From contig CAZIZG010000004.1 of the NCBI GenBank assembly GCA_964543815.1, positions 5,438 to 69,437 on the forward strand: a DNA stretch of 64,000 nt. Direction: 5' to 3'. Source of the stretch: an uncultured Bdellovibrionales bacterium. GTDB taxonomy: Bacteria > Patescibacteriota > Minisyncoccia > Moranbacterales > UBA1568. A program made the translations under genes and the position numbers. The first letter of the stretch is position 1. The number at the start of each line of letters is the position of its first letter. Below, one piece after another: positions 57,475 to 64,000 of this stretch. The notes beneath the pieces were generated by a model. That model saw only the letters and a list, made by a program, of their open reading frames with translations, made no database searches and had not been told where the DNA came from.

Positions 57475-57876
57475 TCAGATTTTTCGTATCCCCCTCCATC
57501 CTAAAAATACCACACTTACGGTCAAGAGAACATCAGCTACATTAAAAGAAGGAAAGGGCCCAAAAGAGAGGTAGTCAAAGATGCATCCAAAAGAGAGACG
57601 TTCCACAAAATTACCCCCCCCTGCAGCAAGAAGCAAAAGCCAAAAAAAACTACTCATCATATCAGTTTCTTGCCACCAGCAAACCAGAAAAAAGCTGCTC
57701 GCCATAAGAAATCCCACTGTGAGGAGAGAAAAGGGGAGAGGCCAGCCAAAGGGACCGGCTTCATTACAGATTCCTACCAATGAAAAAGCACTCCTGGCAA
57801 AGAATGCTATGCCCTGGAGCGACAAAATAAAAGAGGCCACGTATACTGACCCAAAAAGGACCTTCCGTAGCCTCAT
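57475..57876 (-). CDS. lspA: Lipoprotein signal peptidase II
   Basis: N...FG, GGGNFVER..GCIFDY, FNVAD. Confidence 0.75.
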   Translation of the reverse strand: MRLRKVLFGSVYVASFILSLQGIAFFARSAFSLVGICNEAGPFGWPLPFSLLTVGFLMASSFFLVCWWQETDMMSSFFWLLLLAAGGGNFVERLSFGCIFDYLSFGPFPSFNVADVLLTVSVVFLGWRGIRKI

Positions 57877-57886
57877 ACAGATTAAA

Positions 57887-58228
57887 TTAGAGTGCGGTAC
57901 GAGCCGCTGGATACACACTGAGACGATCGAATGAAATAGCTTCACCAGTCGTTTCACAGACACCATAGGTGCCAGCTTCCATTTTTGCAAGAGCATCTAT
58001 CACATCTTTGAGTTGCCCCTCCAGGTTCTGTTCCAAGCCAAGGTTATCCACGTATTCTTCAACTTCAGAGGCATTTTCATCTGGATCTGTGCCCATATCT
58101 TCAATTCGAGTCTCGTAGTTTCCCGAACCCTGAGCATCAGCAAAACGAGAAAGTTCACTCTCCAAACGAACTTTTTCCTCCAGGAGCTTCTCTTTCAGCT
58201 GGGCGAGCATCTCTGTATCAAGTGCCAT
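57887..58228 (-). CDS. DksA/TraR-family protein
   Basis: Coiled coil with DPDENASE tip; AL.KME.GTYG.C...GEAI...RL..YP.A. Confidence 0.82.
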   Translation of the reverse strand: MALDTEMLAQLKEKLLEEKVRLESELSRFADAQGSGNYETRIEDMGTDPDENASEVEEYVDNLGLEQNLEGQLKDVIDALAKMEAGTYGVCETTGEAISFDRLSVYPAARTAL

Positions 58229-58290
58229 AGTGTTTCATTTCAAAAGTTACCCTACTTACTTACTCATTATAGCAAAGGCAGTAGGTCTGT

Positions 58291-58680
58291 CTAGAAGAAA
58301 ATATGCTCCAAATGCCGAATAGAGGCTTTTTTTAGCTTAACATCGTAGAGGAGAGCAATGGCGTCAAAATGGTATGGGCTTGATTCATACCTATTCTCCC
58401 TTAAATAGCACTGGGCAATCCTATCCAGCTTACGAAGCTTTTCTCGCGTAATATTTACTTCTGGTAAAACATCGCTCGTCCCCTTCTCAAGACGACTCTT
58501 CACCTCAACAAAAATAATCTCTTTCCCTCTTTTAGCTACGATATCAATTTCTCCCAATCGTCGTCCCAGACTGTTGCAATAATTCACAGCCAAAATCTGG
58601 TACCCTTTATCTTTAAGGTAACGACACCCTATTTCTTCGCCCAATACCCCAAGTTCCGAGGTATTATGATAGGTTCCCAT
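58291..58680 (-). CDS. yraN: YraN (UPF0102) nuclease
   Basis: G.LGE....YL...GY.IL..N, GEIDIVA, FVEVK.R, FDAI. Confidence 0.9.
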   Translation of the reverse strand: MGTYHNTSELGVLGEEIGCRYLKDKGYQILAVNYCNSLGRRLGEIDIVAKRGKEIIFVEVKSRLEKGTSDVLPEVNITREKLRKLDRIAQCYLRENRYESSPYHFDAIALLYDVKLKKASIRHLEHIFF

Positions 58681-58756
58681 GTCTCAAACATAGGCCAAAA
58701 TATTGAAATTGACAACAAAAAAACACCCTACTGGGAGTCCTAAACGAGAGAATGCG

Positions 58757-58939
58757 CTATGTTGGTGTCCCGGCGTACTGCCGGCCAAAAAATAAATTCT
58801 TGCCTGTACGCCGGAACGTTGCATGTGCCAACAGATAAGTAGGCTTCTTCGCTCGACGGGTGAGCAGAGCGAGAGCAGTCCATTTCAAATCTGTATTTTG
58901 TGCAGATGCATTATTTCGCGATGATCCTAACGTTTTCAT
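58757..58939 (-). CDS. Putative 60-aa basic small protein
   Basis: ATG 58939 preceded by AAGGGAG; lies downstream of a strong promoter and structured leader. Confidence 0.35.
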   Translation of the reverse strand: MKTLGSSRNNASAQNTDLKWTALALLTRRAKKPTYLLAHATFRRTGKNLFFGRQYAGTPT

Positions 58940-59020
58940 CACTTCTCCCTTCACCGTTCTCTGGCACGAAGCCTTTTGATTTTTTTGAAAGAACTTGTTT
59001 TTCTGTTTCTTTTTGTTTTT

Positions 59021-59220
59021 CTCCTGCGTGTATTATTTTTCAGGAGTTTTTTGTTTTTGTTTGAGTCTCCGTGTTAGGACGGAGCGGTTGTGGTACATTG
59101 CCACAACTCTTGAACAGTGAAAGAATCCCCTTCACAATTAGGGGGAAATTGTGATTGGGAACTCTTTCACCGTTCATTACGGTTAAAGGAAGCTAGTTGT
59201 CAAAGAAATTTCAACGTCAC
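59021..59220 (-). ncRNA. Candidate structured RNA or long leader
   Basis: Hairpins at 59111-59176 (three G-U pairs on minus strand), 59087-59107, 59067-59084, 59021-59046. Confidence 0.45.
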
Positions 59221-59226
59221 AAGTCA

Positions 59227-59255
59227 ATTATAGCAGAAAAATAAGGTCGAGTCAA
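59227..59255 (-). promoter_or_regulatory. Consensus sigma70 promoter
   Basis: TTGACT-17 nt-TATAAT with TG extension. Confidence 0.8.
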
Positions 59256-59395
59256 TAAAAAACAGATAAGAATCGCACAGGAGAAGCATTTTGTTACTCG
59301 TATTCAAAAATTTTTTCGTCACAAGAAAAAAAATGAGAAAAAAATAAGTAATTTACTTTCTTTTATTACAAAAAATTTGGCTTTTTTAAGCTACG

Positions 59396-60430
59396 TTACT
59401 GCCTCTTATCCAAAATAGCACGCAGTGTATCTTTACTTGTTCCAATAAACCAATTCTTGTCTCTAATGGCATAGTCAAATGAGGTATTTTGAGCAGCATC
59501 AATATTCACAAAACGAACTGGCTGCGTATTGTAGACACCGGAACGGAATGAAGCATCTTTTGGAACATTTAGTGCATCAAAAAATATGTTTCGAAATGCA
59601 TACGGAAGGAATCCATCCTTTGAAAGATACGCTACTCCATCCGTAGTAATAGTTAACCCTAACCCTAGGGTTATTTTTCCCTGGTCATTATAGAGAAAGA
59701 GCGAGAAAGATTCGCCAATGGTAGCCAAAAAATCAGGCTTGAGATCAAGATTCATAAGGTAGGCAAAGCGACTAAACGCCAGCGGATTATTATTCTTATC
59801 GGTCAACAAAAATTCCACTGGAGTACCAATATTTGATTGGTAAATCCGATCTATCGGCTGTTTGAGTACCTCTCGAAAGAGAGCTGGGGTGATTGATTCC
59901 GTATCAAGTGAAAGATAGTTAGGAGAAACAAGGGAGTAAGGTGGATCTTGAGGCTTTTCTGGTGTAATTTGCGGTACCACCTGAACTTCAACCACCGGAG
60001 TCACCACCTCTATTTTTTCAGGTAAACGAAAGAAAAACCACCACACCACACCACTCGTAAACAGTAAAGCAACAACACCAATGCCACCAAAAAGATACCA
60101 CTTCTTGGTCATTTCAGTCTTTTTAGCCTGAGGATTAGCTTCAAAAAGAGGTTTTAGTTCAGGGGCAGCTGGTGGTGTCCAATTCGGCGCCAAGGAGACC
60201 GAAGCCTCAGGAAGTTCTTCGATAGTTGCTGCGCCACTCTCTTCGAGAAATGGGCTGCTACTTCGCTGTGGCAAAGAAGTTTCCGCTTCAGATTTCTTTG
60301 ACACTGACTCGGGTACGTCTAACCGACCCATCGTCGTTACGGCCTGCCGTACTTCCTCAGGAATATCAGAAACGCCTTCGGTTGGTATTTGACCCTTGCG
60401 TGAAAAAAAAGAAGACAGACTCATACACAA
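59396..60430 (-). CDS. Hypothetical bitopic membrane protein
   Basis: Pro/Glu-rich N-terminus, single TM, globular C-terminal domain. Confidence 0.75.
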   Translation of the reverse strand: MCMSLSSFFSRKGQIPTEGVSDIPEEVRQAVTTMGRLDVPESVSKKSEAETSLPQRSSSPFLEESGAATIEELPEASVSLAPNWTPPAAPELKPLFEANPQAKKTEMTKKWYLFGGIGVVALLFTSGVVWWFFFRLPEKIEVVTPVVEVQVVPQITPEKPQDPPYSLVSPNYLSLDTESITPALFREVLKQPIDRIYQSNIGTPVEFLLTDKNNNPLAFSRFAYLMNLDLKPDFLATIGESFSLFLYNDQGKITLGLGLTITTDGVAYLSKDGFLPYAFRNIFFDALNVPKDASFRSGVYNTQPVRFVNIDAAQNTSFDYAIRDKNWFIGTSKDTLRAILDKRQ

Positions 60431-60436
60431 AAAACA

Positions 60437-60462
60437 TAAGAGAGACGAACTCGTCTCTCTTA
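60437..60462 (-). terminator. Terminator after pnp
   Basis: TAAGAGAGACGA-AC-TCGTCTCTCTTA followed by TGTTTTTT on the minus strand. Confidence 0.65.
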
Positions 60463-60495
60463 GTATACTAGAGATTGAATAATTTCGGTAGACAG

Positions 60496-62616
60496 TTATG
60501 CCTGCCCCTGCTCCATTCTACGCTTGGCCATTTTATGAGAGAGATTGATTCTTCCCTGGGCATCAATTTCCTTCACAATGACCGGAATAACATCTCCTAC
60601 CTTCGCTACATCCTCTACCCGCTCCACTCGCTCATCCGAAAATTCTGAGATGTGTACCAGGCCTTCTTGATTTGGTAGCACCTCTACAAAAGCACCGAAG
60701 TTCATCAGTCGTGTTACCCGACCCTGAAAGAGCTCGCCAGCTACTACTTCACGTGTGATATTTCGCACCCATTCAACGGCCTTTTTAGCACTCATTTCAT
60801 CAATTGAGGTAATAAAGACTGATCCATCATCTTCGATATCAATAGAAACCCCTGTCTCATCGATAATCTGATTGATCATCTTGCCACCAGGACCGATAAC
60901 ATCACGAATCTTCTCTGGATTGATATGGAGAGTGATGATACGCGGAGCATACGGCGACATAGTCTTTCGCACTTCTGGCATCACTTCAAGCATCTTGCCC
61001 ATAATAAACATCCGTCCCTCTTTGGCCTGAGCAATCGCCACCGAAAGCATATCAGGAGTCAAACCATCGATTTTTACATCCATTTGCATGGCGGTAATAC
61101 CCTCTTTAGTACCGGCCACCTTAAAATCCATATCACCGTAATGATCCTCGAGTCCCTGTATGTCCGAAAGGACTTTGTAAGCCCCATTCTTGCCAGTAAT
61201 AACACCCATAGCGATACCAGCCACTGGCTTCTTAATAGGCACACCCGCATCCATAAGAGAAAGAGTTGAGCCACAAGTAGAAGCCATGGAGGATGAACCA
61301 TTTGATTCGAGCACCTCTGAAACAAGCAGAATAGTATATGGGAACTCTTCCTTGCTTGGTAGCACTGGTATGAGTGCCTTCTCTGCGAGCGCCCCGTGAC
61401 CAACCTCTCGACGACCAGGCCCACGCATCGGCCTTACCTCTCCTACGGAATAGGGAGGAAAATTGTAGAAATGCATGTAACGCTTCTTTTCGTCTGTTTC
61501 CATGGTATCAACCACCATTTCATCACCAGGAGCACCAAGCGTTGTCACTGTAAGAGCCTGGGTTTCACCCCGGGTAAAAACACCTGTGCCGTGGGTTCGT
61601 GGCAACACGCCTACCTTACACCAGATGGGACGAATTTCAGTAAGCTTACGACCATCAGGTCGCGCTTCCTTATCCAAGATATTATGATGAACTGCCTCAT
61701 CAGCTACTTCATCCGTAATAAGTGATAGAAGTTCCGAGAGATTCTTCTGCTCTGGATATTTTTCTCCTGCATAAGCAGCAATACTGGCGTTAATTTCGGC
61801 TGTCTTCGCCTCCATCGCTTGCTTTGGGAGAAGGTAGAGGGCCTCTGCCAAGCCGGATCCTTCGGCAAACTGTCGGATATCGGCTTCAAACTCCTCTGAA
61901 CCACGAAGAACGGCGGCAGCTCGTTTCTCTTTACCTGCCTCTTTGCGAATATCCTCTATAAAAGAAGCAATTTTCTGAATGGCTTCAAATCCAAAATGAA
62001 ATGCTTCGGTCATTTTTTCTTCCGTAATCTCCTGTGCCCCTGCTTCAATCATGTTAATTTTTTCTTTGGTACCCGAAAGAAGCAAGTCGAGAGCACTTAC
62101 CTTACGCTCCTCACTTACTGGATTCAAAATAAAGCTTCCATCCGCAGCCATACCAACCCGCACCGCACCAATTGGTCCATTCCAAGGAATATCAGAAAGG
62201 GTCAGCGCCGCTGAAGCGCCAATCATCGCCACGAGATCCGGGTCATTCTCACCATCGATGGACAATGTCGTCACTACTACCTGCACTTCATTGCGCATAC
62301 GACTGTCGAATAATGGTCGTACCGTACGATCCACCGCCCGACCTGAAAGAACGGCATCATCAGATGGCCGACCCTCACGCTTGATGAAGCGTGAACCCTT
62401 GATCTTTCCCGCAGCATAGTAGCGCTCTTCGTAATCCACCATCAATGGGAAATAGCCCGTAATTTTGGACATTTCCTTACTCATGACTGCTGTCGCAAGG
62501 ACCACTGTATCGCCATACCGGGCCGTCACGGCGCCACTCGCCTGCTTGGCAAACACACCCGTCTCAATAACGAGCTCTCGCCCCCCTAATTGGAGGGACC
62601 ATTTCTTTCCTTCCAT
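60496..62616 (-). CDS. pnp: Polyribonucleotide nucleotidyltransferase
   Basis: RREVGHGALAE, ESNGSSSMAS, DMDFKVAGT, KH and S1 domains; ATG 62616 preferred. Confidence 0.97.
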   Translation of the reverse strand: MEGKKWSLQLGGRELVIETGVFAKQASGAVTARYGDTVVLATAVMSKEMSKITGYFPLMVDYEERYYAAGKIKGSRFIKREGRPSDDAVLSGRAVDRTVRPLFDSRMRNEVQVVVTTLSIDGENDPDLVAMIGASAALTLSDIPWNGPIGAVRVGMAADGSFILNPVSEERKVSALDLLLSGTKEKINMIEAGAQEITEEKMTEAFHFGFEAIQKIASFIEDIRKEAGKEKRAAAVLRGSEEFEADIRQFAEGSGLAEALYLLPKQAMEAKTAEINASIAAYAGEKYPEQKNLSELLSLITDEVADEAVHHNILDKEARPDGRKLTEIRPIWCKVGVLPRTHGTGVFTRGETQALTVTTLGAPGDEMVVDTMETDEKKRYMHFYNFPPYSVGEVRPMRGPGRREVGHGALAEKALIPVLPSKEEFPYTILLVSEVLESNGSSSMASTCGSTLSLMDAGVPIKKPVAGIAMGVITGKNGAYKVLSDIQGLEDHYGDMDFKVAGTKEGITAMQMDVKIDGLTPDMLSVAIAQAKEGRMFIMGKMLEVMPEVRKTMSPYAPRIITLHINPEKIRDVIGPGGKMINQIIDETGVSIDIEDDGSVFITSIDEMSAKKAVEWVRNITREVVAGELFQGRVTRLMNFGAFVEVLPNQEGLVHISEFSDERVERVEDVAKVGDVIPVIVKEIDAQGRINLSHKMAKRRMEQGQA

Positions 62617-62625
62617 AGACTCTTG

Positions 62626-62704
62626 GTCCGGAAGGCAAGCTAACAAACACGCGGCTGGGGCCCAGGGCCACACTCGTGTACTTATTAACCGGTACCTGCC
62701 GGAC
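62626..62704 (-). promoter_or_regulatory. Long imperfect stem-loop in the pnp 5' leader
   Basis: GTCCGG/CCGGAC closing stem with extended G-U-rich pairing; promoter TTGACA-18 nt-TAGAGT at 62759-62730. Confidence 0.6.
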
Positions 62705-62760
62705 AAAACAATGATTAAGGACCACCCCCACTCTAGCCTCCTTTTACCCTCTTTGTCAAA

Positions 62761-62802
62761 GAAAATCCCACCTTTATCAGAAGAAAAAAGGTGGGATTTT
62801 TC
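62761..62802 (-). terminator. Terminator after rpsO-NYN
   Basis: AAAATCCCACCTTT/AAAGGTGGGATTTT. Confidence 0.65.
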
Positions 62803-62812
62803 ACATCTGGCT

Positions 62813-63310
62813 TTAAATCAAGTATTTTTTCTTATCATCTGAGAGATTGGTAAAATCATCCGCTTGTTCAATAAGCTTCGCTGAGGCTGATTCAGCAAAA
62901 GCCACTACCTCCACTCGACACCCGTAGGTATTTTGAAGATACTCAACAAGCGAGATATAATCACCATCTCCCGAAACAATGACAATCACGTCCAGCTTGG
63001 GAGCCATTTTGATAGCGTCAATCGCTATACCGACGTCCCAATCTCCTTTTTTGGAGCCGTCATGAAAAATTTGGAGGTCCTTGGTCTTTACCTCATAACC
63101 ACTCTTCCCGAGGGCCTCGAAGAATTTATCTTCGGTTGCTTCCACCGTCTTGATACCATAAGCTAAAGCGCGGATAACTTTTCGGTCACCCACAGCCGAA
63201 AGAAGTACATTTTTAAAATTCACCTTCTTGCTATAGAGCACGCGGGCACTATAGTACATGTTTTGAATATCAACGAAAACCCCTACTCGCTGTTCGGCAA
63301 ATTTGGCCAT
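62813..63310 (-). CDS. NYN/LabA-like PIN-fold protein
   Basis: VFVDIQNMY, KGDWDVGIAID, SGDGDY, S.KL...AD.F. Confidence 0.9.
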   Translation of the reverse strand: MAKFAEQRVGVFVDIQNMYYSARVLYSKKVNFKNVLLSAVGDRKVIRALAYGIKTVEATEDKFFEALGKSGYEVKTKDLQIFHDGSKKGDWDVGIAIDAIKMAPKLDVIVIVSGDGDYISLVEYLQNTYGCRVEVVAFAESASAKLIEQADDFTNLSDDKKKYLI

Positions 63311-63362
63311 ACTCTTTATAAAAATTGCTGCTGGTTTAAAATCTTCCAAAAAACAAAGGGGC

Positions 63363-63626
63363 CTAGAGCCCCAGTGTTTTGACAAGTGTCTTGTGTGATT
63401 TCTCGTTAGTCTTCTCCAAATACGAGAGCAGTTTCTTGCGCTTTGACACCATTTTCAAGAGTCCGCGCCGTGAGTGAAAATCCTTCTTGTTCTTTTTGAG
63501 GTGCGTCGTTAAACGCTTGATTTCTTCCGTAAACTTGGCCACCTGGTACTCTGGGGAGCCCGTGTCCTTATCGTGCCGCTTTACCGGTGCCGTCACCTTC
63601 TCCTTTTGCTTGTGCGTCAGTGCCAT
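63363..63626 (-). CDS. rpsO: 30S ribosomal protein S15
   Basis: DTGSPEYQVA, HLKKNKKDFHSRRGLLKMVSKRKKLL.YL. Confidence 0.97.
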   Translation of the reverse strand: MALTHKQKEKVTAPVKRHDKDTGSPEYQVAKFTEEIKRLTTHLKKNKKDFHSRRGLLKMVSKRKKLLSYLEKTNEKSHKTLVKTLGL

Positions 63627-63635
63627 AGCATTGTC

Positions 63636-63678
63636 AGCAAGATACTCGTCCACTCTCTCAAGTGAACCAACATCTGCT
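63636..63678 (-). promoter_or_regulatory. Candidate rpsO leader hairpin
   Basis: AGCA-GAUGUUGGUUCACU/AGUGGACGAGUAUC-U-UGCU ending 9 nt before the ATG. Confidence 0.5.
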
Positions 63679-63798
63679 CGTGATAAATAATAACAAAAAC
63701 ACAATAGCACAACTTGATAATTCACGCAATCTCAATCTTGACAAAGTTGATTACTACCTGGTTGAATTACAACATCCGCAAGGAGCCAAGGAGGCAAC

Positions 63799-64000
63799 AT
63801 GATACAGGCAACTACTAAGCTTCCGATAGGGATATTCCCTGTCCTCACTCGATGGAATGAGATCATGGGGGGCTACGAGGACGAGCGATCAAGCGACATC
63901 ACATTCCAGGATCCAATCACGGGAGAGCACAGGGTCACGGCAGTTGTCATTCTCTCTGGGCCAGCAAACCCGCTGGATAAGCCCGGGATGCGTGCGCAGA
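63799..64000 (+). CDS. Hypothetical protein (5' part; runs off window end)
   Basis: AAGGAGG SD then ATG 63799; open frame MIQATTKLPIGIFPVLTRWNEIMGG... Confidence 0.55.
   Translation, partial: MIQATTKLPIGIFPVLTRWNEIMGGYEDERSSDITFQDPITGEHRVTAVVILSGPANPLDKPGMRAQ

Noticed and set aside
59021-59220. tmRNA, RNase P RNA or SRP RNA
   Set aside because: No tRNA-like ends, no GAGGAAAGTCC motif and no SRP helix-8 motif were recognised.
1-64000. Alternative genetic code (TGA = Gly)
   Set aside because: Conserved genes are full length under code 11 and some end in TGA.

Overview
Chromosomal 64-kb segment of a small-genome bacterium using genetic code 11. Gene content and style (PrgI/VirB4/VirB6-like cluster, sortase with VLG/LPXTG substrates, multi-LamG adhesin, DUF4446-infB-cca, few Shine-Dalgarno sites, extended -10 promoters) suggest Patescibacteria/CPR, probably Parcubacteria (inference). 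Housekeeping genes (typA, infB, cca, xer, pcrA, rsmA, comM, lspA, yraN, pnp, rpsO, three tRNAs) are mixed with envelope and surface loci. The most unusual signal is the 12-13 bp repeat ACCCTGTGTAAT, present six times as three inverted pairs. One pair encloses a small GIY-YIG nuclease gene, one encloses the predicted promoter of a 1162-aa LamG adhesin gene, and one forms a 50-bp hairpin 43 kb away. The repeats also tightly bracket the adhesin gene, like a cassette. Other highlights: a 1757-aa sortase substrate with an internal LPXTG-TM-signal-peptide junction (possible polyprotein), an HRDC-XseA fusion, unannotated small ORFs behind structured leaders, a probable ATA-initiated LysM-CHAP gene, and candidate RNA leaders for pnp and rpsO. 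All family calls come from motif recognition by eye; no database searches were run.
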